A program made the position numbers and the translations under genes. The notes under the pieces were generated by a model. The model made no database searches. It was not told where the DNA came from and saw only the letters and a list, made by a program, of their open reading frames with translations. Shown one piece after another: positions 38,760 through 53,185 of a stretch of 64,000 nucleotides of DNA; the stretch's first letter is position 1, and each line of letters begins with the position of its first letter. The stretch comes from Setoptus koraiensis (lineage: Eukaryota > Animalia > Arthropoda): positions 5,456,001 to 5,520,000 of the forward strand of contig CM106585.1 of NCBI GenBank assembly GCA_048013815.1, read 5' to 3'.

Positions 38760-41700
38760 AGCGGCTTTTGAGAAATCGGGCGCGCATTCGGAAGCTATTC
38801 GGATACTTCCTAAACTATCCGAATAGCATACCCGAGCGGGTTGTCACCGTGGGCCGGTACAGGGCCCGCGACACACAGTAGGGCATAACGGGTGGACCGG
38901 TATGTGGCCTTAATGATTTTTCAGCGAAGAGAGAGTGAGAGAGTTTTGTCACAAGTTCTCGCTCGGTCGAAAATTGCGTTATTCACGAGTGAATAGCTGA
39001 CTCGCGGCTGGATTCGCATTTCGCAGTTGGAGAGCCCGGTTGAGTGGACCATGCAGCTACAAAACTGTTCTGAAACTAAAATGGGTAGCTACGAAAATGA
39101 AAATCCGCTCGCAGTACCCGAAAACAGCCGCAGCAATGGACCCGTTAGAACCACGTCGAAAGGAGGCAAAAACGGGTTACCCGCTGGCCGATGAGGGCAA
39201 ATTCTGTTCGTGGCCCGATTTGTCGGCCGGTTTTTCATTGCGCAACAATCAGCTCGGGTGTCTGCCGACAGCTCAACTCCCCCGACGGTGATGAAGTTGC
39301 GGGACACGAATGTTTGAGCGCCAGCTATTGCCACGGCGACCTCGTTGTTCGGCTCCTCGACAGAATATGAAGTCTGGTTTTTTACTCAGCTCGTGTTCAT
39401 CAGATGCACAACTCAAGCGCAATATATTAAAGATTATGTATTCATGGCGAAGAGGGGCCGTCTTGAGGCAGCTGAGACTGACACCGAAAATCGGCTTCAA
39501 CCTAAAAAGAAAGTCGACCATTGGGCTACTCAATCGTTTGATGAGTCAGATTCTTTCCTGTGCAAACACTGTGATGACCTCGTTGGCTTCCGATGAATAT
39601 GTCAGATACATGTAATTTTCTGCGGTTAATTGTAAGCCGAATAATCGCTTCGAAAAAGCCCACGATATGCATATTCGTACGAATGACATCACGAATGTAC
39701 AGAATGTCGACGTGCGAGATCTCGCTGAAGTCATATTTTGATCAGCATGCATGGTGGCGATATGTTGACGATATTTCGGAGTAGGTCCCAGTTGAGTGTG
39801 ATCGTTGATTTTCATTCCAGATGCATAGTTTGGCTGATTGTCGGTTTTTTGATGCGACACATACACTCGAAAGCATTGTTTGCACGCAGCTTCGTCTAAA
39901 TTTCGTACTGTCGACATATCCACAAACTCAGACTCACACACATATTCACAGCGTACAGAAAAAACCAAGTACAGGTAGCGATAATCCAGTGATGCCAATT
40001 AAAAGAAAATAGTCTAATCAATTAGCGGTGTATCTCGTTTCTAGCTAACTATGTCAGCCCCCAGTGGTTGTAATGTAGCTACTAAATGCCAATTATCTAA
40101 CCGTGCCTAGTACATGTAAACATTGCCAGCAATTGTGAAGCGAACAGGCAACAATGTTTTGAGTTCATGTGAGATCGTCAAATCTCTGGAAAAAAACTAA
40201 CTTACCGACTACTAACATTACTCATACATGAGGTATTACATTATAGCATCACACGTTACATAGAACTCAAAAAAAACACAACAATGATAGGCTAATCTGT
40301 ATAATCTGATCTATCAAGCTTACAAGGTCGATGATATTACGCATCGATTGCATTGACTCTATTTCGAGCCACCATTGTTCTATGGCTCTTGTTTGTTTGA
40401 GCGCTCGATTCTCAATTGGCTTATATCTGTGGCAGTCCGCCGGATAGAATAGTATAATAAATAAATGATAGATGATCATGAGAAACAACCATATCGGGGC
40501 CGATGATTTGATGATTTCGGTGAAAACTGAATTTTTCGGTAAAAACCCGATTTCGCCAAAAATTAAGGAAAAAATCCGCAGGCCCGAATTTTTTCGAGAA
40601 AAAATCCGCCGAAAAATTGCACGGTGACTTTTTTCACAGCGACAACACCTAAAGCTCGAAAATTGTTCGGCGAAAACGGTGAAAATATATAGTATTTGAG
40701 ACGCTCCAGATAAGCAGAGGTGGATTGTGTGAAAATCAGCTACATCGCTCCACTAACCAAAGAGCAGTAGTTACCTAATGATCATTTATCATTGATTTAT
40801 CGCTGGCCTGCCATCTATCGTGACAAGTTGCGTAGAAGACGATACAAATCATGATTTATTGCTCCGACAGTCATTTGACTCTCTGTGGATAGTCAAATGA
40901 CCTTGCCCTGACGGGTCTTTTGTTTTTCATTTCGTTAATCTCTGAATCGTTCATCTCGGAGTTGAACGAGAAAAAAGGCTCAAAAAGAAAAGAAGAAATA
41001 ACTTCCCTAGAAACGAAGCCTAATAATCTGATTTCGTTGGCCTCTTATCGCGTCCACATTCACCTCTCGGGTGGGCCGGCGTCTGGCCTCAAACGAGCCG
41101 ACCAATTGGATGGCTGCAGTCAGGAGTGAATGCTTGCGTTCAACTGTATATTTTCCATCACTCAGTGTAAATTTCTGTGAGATCTCTGGAAATTCTACAA
41201 TACATTGAGAACTGTGAGTTGCTACACGTAATTTTTTTTCTCGGATGTGCAGCAAACTAGCGGCAGGACCAGAAAAACAGTATACTTTGTATGCGGATCC
41301 CTATCCGTTCTGGCAGCCCGAAAAAGCTCATGACCTTTGCCCGAAATGTTTGACAGGGGCCAACAAGGTGCGAACTTTCTCTGGAGGTGGTTTTTCCACG
41401 GCTTTGTTTATTTGTGCTATACGGCTTGCCTATCGACACGTTTCGACAAATTTGAGCGCCAGCCTTGCCGAGTGGCTAGCCGATGAAGCCCCATAAACAC
41501 CGGGCAAGTAAATATCACAATTGCAGCAATTGCACGCACACATACACATGAAGTAAAGGATTATATTCGAGTGAGCGAAGAGGTTTAGTCGGGAATTAGG
41601 CCCCAATTGCACCCATGTTGCTCTCTGTGGCTCCGTTCTGCCGGAGTTGAGTCCGAAAGATTGCGTTCGATGACGTTCAATTGGGCCAAATTGCGTTCGC

Positions 41701-44700
41701 TCTAGATTAGCAACACCGAGCAGGAATGTTGCGAGTGTTATTGTTGCAACGGGAGCCTGAATCAAGCCATTGTTGCCGGCCTCCATCGGTCGTGCTCCAG
41801 AAAAAGCAGCAACAAACTGCCGATGGGGTCCGCCCTGCCGCTTGGCTATTGGCGGATTGAGTAACAACAATGGCGTTGAAACTCCGACACATTAGACAGG
41901 TATTAACACATCATGATCAAGTTTGGCCAATTGTCGCCGTTAATTTTCTTTTATAAGTTGTTGGGCCCCAGCGCAACAACGGCGCTGCCCGTCCAAACTC
42001 GGCTGGCCGTCAAAATTGTGTCGAGTGGCCGCATGAAAGAGAGAGAGAGAGAGAAAGAAATAAGCTTCTTATTGCGGCTCTATTCGTTTTGCGATTCTTT
42101 TGATTTGTTTGATTCGTCTGATTCGCATGGTGATGACGACAGGCTTGTCGTAAATATCGCCGGCGCTCATTAATGAGCGCCGTTTGTCTGGACCGAAGCT
42201 CGGACTGTTCACAATGAGTAACGTGTCTTTGAATGGCCTCTGATTTGATTAGATTTGTATCGCGATGCGATTTGGTTTGCCAATTTTATTGTTTCACCAA
42301 TGGCCAGCGGCATATAAATTTTGTTGGTCTGCTCGTGCGGGGTTGTTGCGCTCACACGTGGTTGTGCTGGACCTAGCGCACCGGACAAATTGACTCTCAT
42401 GTAGTTGTACCTGACTCGCAAGCCAGATATAATAATATCTAGTCGTTTTTGCAGTTCGTTTCGGATATTCCAGGGACCGTTCGCGGAACGGAGCCCAATT
42501 GGCAGTTGGTTGTCTTTGGGCCGCTTTTCATTGTTGCAACTTGTGCAACTGAATCCAATTGGTCGCTGCCACGTGCAATGGCTCTTAGTTTCGTTCTTTG
42601 GTGCACAAGTTTGACAGAGGAAGATGGCGTCATTGGTGCAATTGTCTTTGTAGTTTTACACTCGCGTGCACTCAAATAGAAGCGATTGGAACTCGATTTA
42701 CAACTCGATCCACAGCGAAATTTCGCCTCGATATAACAAGAAATTGCAAGATGGCAGCACGTCGGAGCGGCCCCACTACTTCGTATACGCACATTATGTG
42801 ATGCGGGTACATGTACATACATATATGGGTATATATATCAGGGGTCAAGTGGGTGGCTTTTGCGTATGTGCAAATATAGCAGATTACGATGGTTAAACAA
42901 ATCATGGTCCTAAAATGGTTGATAGAGGGCAATTTGAATGGAAATTCTATAGATAGCGGCTCGAGAAAAATGCACAAGTGCAAGGACCTCTCGACAATAC
43001 AACCATATATTTATGTAATTTATATTTAGTAGTTTATCATGGAATGAATGAACCCAGCCGACAAGCGAAATAAATAAATAAATAAAAAATGTCTAGACAA
43101 TAATATAATTCATAATTGGTTGTGATGCAACTAGACAAGCGTGACTCGCTGACAGTGCCCACATAACCCGCAATGTGTTCCAAGTTGGAACTTGCAACCG
43201 AAAAAATATAGAGGGTCACACTGGTTCAGACGTAGATAATGATGAAGAAGGAAAAAGGCAATTTTTCCTAGTTGCTGTTGGCAACAATGAATTATCTGTT
43301 GAGAACGTGCTTGGTGGGACCGATTTTTTTGGTTTTGTTGCTGACACTCGGCGGCACTCTGTCGCTTTCAAGTCCCACTGGCGAAAAATACACAGCGAAA
43401 AATTTATTACAGCAAGCCGATGGATGGATTACTAATCGAGGCGAAAGGAAAAAAAAAGAATCTATCATCGCGAAAATATCGCGCGTATAATTCGTATAAT
43501 TTTTCTGGCTGCAGCAGTTAAGTTGCATCATATATCTATTATATCTAGTACATTTCGCCAAGAAGCAATTGTGTGGGGCCGGCCGAATAGATATATCTGA
43601 TAGCGTTACAAGAGAAGTCGCTCCACTCAGATTCTGAGTCTCACAACAACAGTGAGAACAACAGTGCCGGCTCTGTGTCACCGTTGATATGGCAAGTTTG
43701 CGCGGGCGCTCGGCTTCATTTCAGCCATTTATAGCTGACTGTGGGGCCCAGAGTCTGGGCCCCGAGATCGACAAAATCGTGGCCCGGCCAGCAGCGCTTG
43801 ACACCTGAAGTTTACCAGCGACGTTTTGCGGATCTGTGTGCCACTGACTTTCAAGGTGACTGATCGCTTTCGTTTGCCGTCGCTCGGGTTTGAATTTATT
43901 CAAAATGGTTTGTCCGTTCGAGGAGCAGCATGCAGTTCGAGCGACGGTCGGCGTCGCTCATTTTTGCCCGCCGCGTAATAGTTGTTTGCTGTGTGAGGCG
44001 GCCATTGTTTAACTCGGGCGCCCACTGGCCGTCAAAACGAACTGCCTGCCACCTGTCTACTTTCAAACGGCGACAGTTTGAACAAACGAAACTAACGGCA
44101 TTTCGGGGCCCCGACAGTGAAAATGTCTGCAGAAACACATGACGCGCTGTGTGCTGTATTATTTGCGGCAATAACGTTATCCACCATTGTCAGTCTGTTT
44201 CCATTGAGTGGCCCCCACTCACAATGGACTTGTCTCGGCAACCACTTGTCAGAAATATACCAACAAATAATAACAAATAGGGCCCAGATAACAATATCCA
44301 GTCCAATGCACGGTTCGGGCGCCCTCGGCAGACTGGCGCCCGCTTGCAACGGAACAGTTTGCGCGAGCATTGTTGTCGTGTCATCTGGCCAAGATGAAAA
44401 AGATTTCGCACGCTTGATAGGTCCCCGTCGCCGTCTCAATCTCGAGCCACGAGTGTGCGCCAGAAATCATTTATCATATATATATAAATGTAATATTCCA
44501 AAAGGAATCTATCTTCCCTTTGCGTCCCATTGCCAAAACTGGGCCCTCTTGGGCACTCTCATTTTCGGCCCCAGCCAACTCAATCATCCCGACCAAGATT
44601 GACGGACTGATCCGCTGCAGCGCCTCCAGCGAATCAGGTGGGTCGCAGCTGAACTCTCGCTGTCCGGCGCCCACGGGATCCGATCTGATCAAACGGACTA

Positions 44701-47500
44701 GCTAGAGTTTTTCGGCTCGCCAGACTCACCAGAGCGTGCGGATGCAGATCTTGCTGAATGAACCGCCAACGAAAATGGCCTCCGAAAATTCTTCGGAATG
44801 GCCTCCAGCCGCGAATCAAGTTTTTCGTGGCTGGCGATAAACTGGCGATAAACTCGCTATAAACTGGCGATAAACTTGCGCGAACGGCCCAAAACGGTCA
44901 TTTGAGCGTTTTGCAAGAATGCCTCCTCTATGTTTGCATTTCATTGGTTATTTTGTGATTTTTCGCTCAATCAAAACTATCAAGGACACCGCTCGTCGGG
45001 CGATACTCTGGCCGCCCAAGTAATGGTCTTTTACGAGTCATCAGCTGCAACACCGCAACACCCCGTCGCGCTGTTCCGTAAATCGTCCTCGTGATCGCCG
45101 CCATCTATCCAAACAGACAGCGGATACAATTTCAACGATTTTCACTAACCGACTCGAACTATTTGGAGGGGCCCAGTTCGAGTCAGTTGGGCTCCTAGCT
45201 ACATTTTGAATCCTCACGAATCTCCCAAAATTCAATGTCGCTCCACAAGCAAACGCCAACACACTAGCCAGCATTGAATAAAGTAAACAACTGATTCCAA
45301 ACAGGAAACGGATCGCTGCACAGCTATGAGTTCGACTCGATTTCGAGTGAGATGAGTTGAGCTGTGAGATTTACTGGCATCTCGCGATGCGAAGTGATAT
45401 CACTGTTCCGCTAGACATTAGCCGATAATGTGGCGATCTTTTCAGACGCGCGTATCCGTGTTCATGCAAATGCTTGCCGACGCGAAAAATACCGCTCAAT
45501 GTTTCGCTAAAAATTTTAGCCTAAAATTCAATTTCTACAGCCACCAATCATCGGCACCGGAGGTCAAGTTAAATTGGGTCTGCTCGAACACTGGTGTGGC
45601 ATAACACGACACCTCTTTTGTATAATTTTGACGCATTTCGGACACCCGAATCATGCCTAGGGCCAATAGAATCGGTTATTCAACCATCTATTTATAGTAG
45701 CATGAAGACTCTGGAAATTCGTAGACGAACCAGTCATACATAAACGAGTCCGGTAACTGCCGAAAGGCCGAACTTCACGAGGCCGAATGATCGAAAGGCC
45801 GAAATCATAAGCCCGAAAATTATATCGCCGGAATTACGGCGTCCGATTTTATTAGGGCCGAAATGTTAAAAAGCCGAAAGCTTGAATAGCCGACATCACA
45901 TCGGAATAATGTGAAAATGATCCAGAGAACTATCTCGTGAGATGAATCTCGAGACTCGTTCAGAAAAAAATGTTTTCATCTATCTTTTGTACTTTTTACA
46001 TCTCACGCGCTCGAATATCTCATTCGGTCGACGGCTATTTTACGTTTCGTGCAATTTCGTTTACGGCAATGGCTTAAGTTGTTGGGTACAACTTAAGCCC
46101 GTCGGCTTCCGGTGAAGTTGCTGTAAATTTTTCCAGCAAATATTTGATTCAATATTTTTCGGTTTGTTGATTGATTCAACGAGACAATCTGATGTTGTAT
46201 GTGGGGATGGGGCAGTTTTTTCTGGTGCCAGTTCTGCATGAGCCTGCGCCAGCCGAGAGCTTGAATTCATATAAGAAAGAACAAGAAAGTGTTTGTTTTT
46301 GAATGGTCACGCGAAACGAAGTTTTACTCGTTGACTGGGCCGAATTACGTATGGCTGAGCTAGCCATGTGAGTGGGTGACATTTTTCAAATGAATGCCGT
46401 GCCATGGATTCGGTTGGTCGTGATGAAATGGCGCAACGATGGCGACCAATACTGTTCATTGTTGTCACATACGCTGCCTACTGACTTTGATTGGGCCAAC
46501 TCGCCAAATGCATGGCAACCACTGTGGTAGCCACACATATAGGCAGGCAAAATTAGGCACGAAGCTGGCGAAATTATGTGTGCCCATTATCTGGACCGAG
46601 AGAGAGACAGTTAGAGATGGAGGGACAAAAAGAAACGGTTACGTAAAGTTATCACTCCATGTCATGTCACATGAAAATAGAAATGTCCTTGATTTTGGCG
46701 CATTCGTGTGTTCATAAAACAGCCAATGATGAAGATACCGTGGTGTGTGGCAACAAACGGCGACACTAACGGTGCCCATAAACAACGACAACTTTCACCC
46801 GATGTCGGGCCGGTCATCAGCGGACGGACCGATCCAGATTGAGAGCAGCCTCGGCGTATCACTATTGCTGCCGTGTCCGTCTGCCCATAAATATCACGTA
46901 TGTATACAACAAAAACACAATACACGCAGCCAGTGTGATCTAATCTAGCAAATGACAAAATTTCGGTAAACGGCAGCATAATAATGACAACGACATATCA
47001 CCGTTACTCTAGCTAGGTGTGTATGCCCACGACCTCGACACTAAAACAATAGGTGCGCACTGACGAATGGTGGCGGCCGTCCAATCACTATCATTAATGG
47101 GGTGTCCCCATTAATGATCCGAATGGAAATGGGCCACGCAACATTGCTCGAAACAATGACAGTTGGCCCCTCTAACGGCCCATTCCGGCCCAACTCGGCG
47201 AGCTCGCCAGAATGGAAGCCCGTCCACTGGTTACATTCGTTACATTCGTTGCATTTGTGCCAATTTCGGCCCCTGTCCATAATTGATCTGACCCGATATT
47301 GGCTGGCCATTTCCACTCCGGCGGCACACTTGCTGTTTGGCACTATTTTATTCGCTTTTATCATGTCCATCTATTGTTTCGGATAACTCTCAGATTACTT
47401 ACTGCCACAGGCATGCAAGATGTGCCACTTTTTTCAGCCGCTCCATATAATGTACTGAAATATAATCACACTGCTGCCGCGGGACATCCTATTTAATCTT
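38760..47500. mobile_element. large compositionally distinct island, probably several transposon relics and/or nested gene fragments (boundaries approximate)
   Basis: Few microsatellites and A/T-run-rich segments (40490-40700). CxxC fragments resemble BED fingers (FLCKHC ~39.57 kb +, AACKQC ~39.88 kb -). A spaced GCCGAA array lies at 45757-45892 and a 12-bp hairpin at the left edge. No intact transposase or RT recognised. Confidence 0.4.
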
Positions 47501-49405
47501 GTCGGTCAGTCTAGTCAGTAATCATGCTAATGCACGTCATGAGTCTTGCCAGCGAACCGGTCAGGTGTGGTGGTGGCGCTCGAAGTGGTCGCCATCTATT
47601 GATCGTTTTGGCAAGCGCGGCCCGTTTTGGTCGACCAAGACCGGTCGCTGACAATCGCCAACAACGCTTCGAAAATTGGACAGAAAATTCACCGACGGCG
47701 CAGCGAAACATGGCCATGTGTCAATTTGCGCTCGATCGGGACACGCCGGCATCGGGCGAGCGATTTATTGGATCGGAGAGGACGAAAAGCATAAAAAAAG
47801 AAATATAACACAATAAAATAAAATTATAACTCAAAATCGCCACGACACACACGCTGAGATTACATGTCGTATTTGGCGGACTGGCACGAACGAATCAAAC
47901 GATCACACATGCATGCAATGATATAGGGATGGAAATGGTCGTCAGTGGAGAAATTGTCGCAGCGCAATTTTTTTTTTTCTGTTTGCAATTTTTTGTCAGA
48001 TTGGTTAGTTTGTGGCTCGATTGGGGCGCAATTGTGAGCCGTTGAGAGCGTGTTACTTTGCTGGCGGTTTGGACCTACTTTATTATCACAGGCGAGGCGT
48101 TTTGGAAATGTTTAATGTTTGGCAGTGACCACGACGTAGATGAAAAGGGCATTGTGATTGTGATTTCTCATAACATTGGCCTGTCACTCTGTTGTCATTG
48201 TTGTTGCCGTTGAGCGATGACTCGAACTGACTGTCGAGCTGACATTGTTGACTGCTGTTGTCACTGATTTGAATGGATTAATCTGACTATTCACTTGTGA
48301 TTGTTCTTCGTTAATTGCTAGTTGCGACACCTACACACGAGCACAATATTTACATTTGGCCGAATTGCGATTTTCAGTTGGTGCCTTGATGACTTTACTT
48401 TGGCACCCAATTGATTTGTGTCGACATTTGCTGTCACTCGATTGAACAGCAATTGGCCAGGCAATTTAAAAAACAAAATAAGCTCGTCAGTGCTCAACAA
48501 ATCGAACGGTGGCCGTTTATCATTATCAATTTGTAGCTGTGTGATATATGCTACATGTCTGTTGACATTGATACTAAATTATGTGGTGTGTGCGTGTGTG
48601 TGTATATGTGGTGTGCGTGTGCGTGTGTGTGTCTATGACACAGAGAGATCTATTTGTCACAAGACGGCAGCGAGTGTGTCATCAGTTTTGCACACCAGAC
48701 GAGACTTTGTATCATGAAATTGTGAGATATGGAGCTCGAAAGTGAGCCGCAGTTGATGCAACGACACTGCAACAGTCGGTGTATGACGCAGTCGATGAAT
48801 CTATTATGATGGTGGCAAGACGCGAGCGACGACGAGACGCACAAAATGCATATTCAAAATTATTGTTATTTATGCCTCGTTGTGCAGCTTGTTTTCGAGC
48901 TGCCGCTGCCTCTGCCGCAACAACAACAACGACAACAACATCAACATCAACAAGAGCAACAACGACAACATCAACAGCATGAGCAACAACGACAAAAACA
49001 ACGACAACAACAACATGAGCAGAGATGAACAGCGCCGATAAGAACAACACACGCCAGATAAATGGAATGAGACGAGATTAGAGCGAGTCGCGAGTTTAGT
49101 TCAACGTATCGCAGACGCCAAGACGGCGTGAGGTAAACGGATGATGAATGAAACAGCAGCTCGCACAAAGATATGATATTTTGTATTATGTATTGCACTG
49201 GCTCGGCAGCGAGCATTTGTCGTCGACAGAAACAAATGCTCGCTGACAGTGCTAGTCGCCAGCAACAAATCAAGCTGCTGCCTAGCAAACGCACTTAGAA
49301 AGGCACAGTTCGGGGCCAAACAAATGCGCCAATTTGGCAATTTGGGGCGCTTCTCGTGGGGCTGCAAGGCCCGCGACAAGCGGTTTTCCGACCATCGCTC
49401 GCCGT

Positions 49406-49461
49406 TTTGCCGTTTCGCCGTGGTGCCGTTTCGCCGTGGTGCCGTTTCGCCGTGGTGCCGT
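49406..49461. repeat. 16-bp tandem repeat (GCCGTTTCGCCGTGGT)
   Basis: About three units. Confidence 0.8.
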
Positions 49462-50732
49462 GGTGCCACTTGGCAACCATGCCATAATGCCATTATCGTG
49501 GCATCGTGGCGGATTATGCGCATAGCTGCTGATACAATTATTACATAATAACAAAAAGTGCACAGAAGCTCGGCGGCACCGATTGCGCCGGCCAGGCAGC
49601 AGCAGCGATTTATGCTTGTCAGTATTTACAGTCACAATTGTCAGTGCAGGCCAAGTTGGCAAGCTCATTTTCGCTAGCTCACGATCTATTGCTAATTAGT
49701 AAAATGTAATCACCTGCTCACTCGAAGCGCTTCTAGTTGGTAGTTCAATGTTTGTTTGTGTCGTCGTTGGGCGCTCGTTTGTGTCGTTGGCGCTCGTTTG
49801 TGTCGTTGGCGCAAATGTAACCAACGAGCGACAATGAAAAGTCGCTGTTATTATTATTTCTAATAATGAGATAAGAGGCGAAAAATTATCACACAGACGA
49901 CACGAGACATAACGTGAGTTCAAGCGCACAGACGCAACAGCAGTATTGGCATCATTTGGCCCATCTCATGTATGAGTGATCTCATTTATTTCAAACTAAT
50001 TAACTCTCGATCTTTGCGAGCTCTCTCTCTCTCTCGTCGCTATCACTGTTATTACCATTATTATTATTGTGCAATAATGAGTCATTATTACATGACATTA
50101 TTGCACATTATGCCCATTACGCCGCTGACAATTTGCGCAAATCGAGTGGCGCTCGTTATTGCGGCTCGTTGCTGACAATCAACGTTGCGCACAAATCAAC
50201 GTCGGGTCTCGGCGCCACAACGTTGATTTGTGTCACCGTCAACAAACAATTTCCACAACAATTTGTGTGTGTTTGTGTACTGGAAATTGTGCCTAATTAT
50301 TATAAAAGTCTAATATCATATGTATCTAATACTCTATTAGCCCCCAACAATATCCAGTGACTGGCGACTAGTGATGCAACGCAAATAACAAACTCCACTC
50401 TCACTGATTGACAACGTTAGAGCTGCCACAAAATAACTGAAATAATGTCGCCGCTCGGCAACATTTTCTCTATTTTGTCTCTCTTTTTCCGCATCTTTCC
50501 GCGCAGTCACGCGGCCTCTATGCGTCGTCGTCGTCGTCGCCGTCGTCGCCGTTCATTTATTCGCCAATTGACGCTACAGTGACGTTACAGTGACAGTAAA
50601 CAATCCAACACTGATCGTCGGTTACGCAACCAACCGGCAGCCTACCCAATCATGCAGCAAACTACACCTGTTGCCACTGTTGTTCATCGGCGGCTGTCAG
50701 TGTCGGCTGCAATCGCAATCTAATTAGCAATC

Positions 50733-50772
50733 ATTACGTAACATTGCGTAACATTGCGTAACATTGCGTTAC
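50733..50772. promoter_or_regulatory. tandem 10-bp array of bZIP sites
   Basis: ATTACGTAAC, ATTGCGTAAC, ATTGCGTAAC, ATTGCGTTAC arranged head to tail. Confidence 0.4.
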
Positions 50773-51979
50773 ATTGGCCGCACCACGAGTCGAGCCGCTG
50801 CTCGAGCCTGATGCCGCCATTTTAGCTGTTTGCGATCCATTATAGCCAATCGGTGGGACTGATTAGCTAACTAATCAGAGCCAACTGTGACGAACTGTGT
50901 GCCGATGGGTCCGGCGTTGCATCACAAACACACACACACACAAAATTGTCAGAAAAGTACCAAAAATTAACAACATTATCTGATACGTTATCTGACACAA
51001 ATATCTGACACACATAGCGAATAGATGGCGCCTCCGAGCGGCGCCTCACCTACGGCGACACATTGAGAAAAATGTAAATTCAGCGCACACTCAGCGCCAT
51101 CTACTGGCCGGAATCGAAAGCAGGTCAAGAGAGGCCCTCGCGGCGAGGGGCCTTTCACTGTAAAAGTTTTGCGCATCATACTGCGCGTGATATCATAATA
51201 TATAATAATATTGTATCAACCGTTAATATTCAGTCAGTGTTGTGTCGTCTAGCCAGCAATATCTGGCTTGCAATCTCACAACAATTGTTATGTGATATTG
51301 TGGCCAAATAATGCATACTTCTCTGTGAGTTTCGTGTCATGTTCATGTTGTTTCAACACTGTGTTTGCTACAACAATAACTAAATAGTGATTAATACAAT
51401 AGACAAGGCCGAAGCTGGCCGCCAGAAAATCAGAATTAAATAGATAAATAATGATAATAGTTGGCCAATGTCGCAACTGGCCAGCAGCATTTAATTAAAA
51501 GCAGCAACACACAATTACCGCCCAGGTGAGCCGGTATCCGCCAACAGCGTATACATCCAATTGCGCGTATAAATGGATGTGCGGGAGGGGCCGCCATTGG
51601 GGCCCCGACGCGACCTGTTCGCGTGTCAGAGCGTCCTTTGTTTGGGGTCAAATTGAGATTGTCGGGACTTAATCTTCTCATTGATGTGGCTCATCAATGT
51701 TACAAAGCAGCAGCACACACGCACGCCGTGATTAGATAAGCCGGCCGGTCATTAGCCGTCGATGGGGCCCATTGAGGGCTCTATCAGGGGCCGGTGGCTG
51801 TCAATGGCTGCTCGCACAACGACAACAGGACGTTGTTAGTTGGAACCCTTTGACAGCCTTCGACCGTCAAAGGCCGTCAAAGGGCTCACTTGTGCGCCAA
51901 CGGTTAGGGGGCGCGCAAAAATAGTCACGTAAGCCCCGTCGGTGTGCGCTTTTCCGCCTCGGGCCGGTCATAAATTGTG

Positions 51980-52076
51980 CCCGTTGCGAGTGCCCGTTGC
52001 GAGCGACCGTTGCGAGCGACCGTTGCGAGTGCCCGTTGCGAGTGCCCGTTCCAAGTGACCGTTCCAAGTGACCGTT
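51980..52076. repeat. 12-bp tandem repeat (CCGTTGCGAGYG, drifting to CCGTTCCAAGTG)
   Basis: About eight units with progressive divergence. Confidence 0.85.
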
Positions 52077-52785
52077 AGCCGGCGACCGGGGCCCCGCTCG
52101 CACAATGGCCAGCCAGCGCGCGCTGGCGATCAGTGATTAATGACTAATGATTGTCCAGATGTAATGATAACTGGCACTATCAAGATGCCGGCCAGCATCT
52201 CGCCGCGACAGTCTTGCCGCGCCGGTCTCGCCGCGCAAGACCCGCGCGGCTGTTAGATGGCCCCGGTCGCTGGCGCCATCTAACAGCCAGCTCAATGGGC
52301 CGATCGCTGGCTGTCCACACGACCGCTGGCTGGCGGGTTTCAACGAGCGACATCATGGCCATTGTGCGCACTAACACAGTCGCCATTGGGGCCCCAAAAT
52401 CGTGCAAAATCGTCAAGAGAGAGAGAGCCCTTTGTCACACACGCACAGACAAATGATCGTCATCTCTGGCGGTCGCTCTCTATTAATCTGTTAATCTCAC
52501 TTTGTTGTTCCGTCGGAAATTGTTCCATTTCGGACCGTGTGACGGGCACAGTTTTAGCGTGACAGTGGGGCACAAACGGACACAAAAAATACTACGGTGT
52601 CACTTTTTTGCGCGCCGCGGTGTGCGTTACATAATGATCTTGGCCTTGTCAGTTTCGATTTCGTCTTGGTCGCCAGCGTCGAGACACACGATCCACGTGC
52701 CACACAAATTGCGCCCCCCTCGGCTATTATTATGGCACACGGGTATCCGCTTCAAACGCGCCCGCTACCCGCCAGAACGCGTTAC

Positions 52786-53018
52786 CCGTTCTGACCGGTT
52801 GAGAGGCGAACGCTTCGGCACCGTGCTCGCCCCCACTCAGCGGCCATTCGCGGCTGGTTATTTATGATATTTGTTTCAACTGGGTCGATTTTTACGATTT
52901 GTCGTGTGAAAATCGAGTCGTCTACGGGTTTGCAATTCTCAATGATTCTCAAGATGAGATTCTCAAGTTTTGGGGGCCCTTCGAGCAGCGCCGCCCTAGC
53001 AGATTTTTTCATAAACAT
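52786..53018 (-). CDS. candidate short alternative first exon (MFMKKSARAALLEGPPKLENLILRIIENCKPVDDSIF...STGQNG)
   Basis: Non-repetitive, protein-like ORF whose stop lies in a phase-2 donor GG|GTAACG, upstream of the 32414 acceptor. No homology recognised, and it could be chance. Confidence 0.28.
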
Positions 53019-53185
53019 GCGCACAGTGCTGCTAGAGGACAAAACTGTGCAAACCGAAATACAAACGCGTAGCAGGTATTACCCGTTGCAAAGGCGCGAT
53101 TCGACCGAAAACAGTATAGGTCCACTAGATTCAAGATGCGCATAGGGGCGCAGGCCAGCAGCTGACATGCATCATTATATCATTA

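Noticed and set aside
18214-40806. Shared 14-mer TGATTTATCGCTGG at ~18215 and ~40794
   Set aside because: Several such matches are expected by chance in 64 kb.
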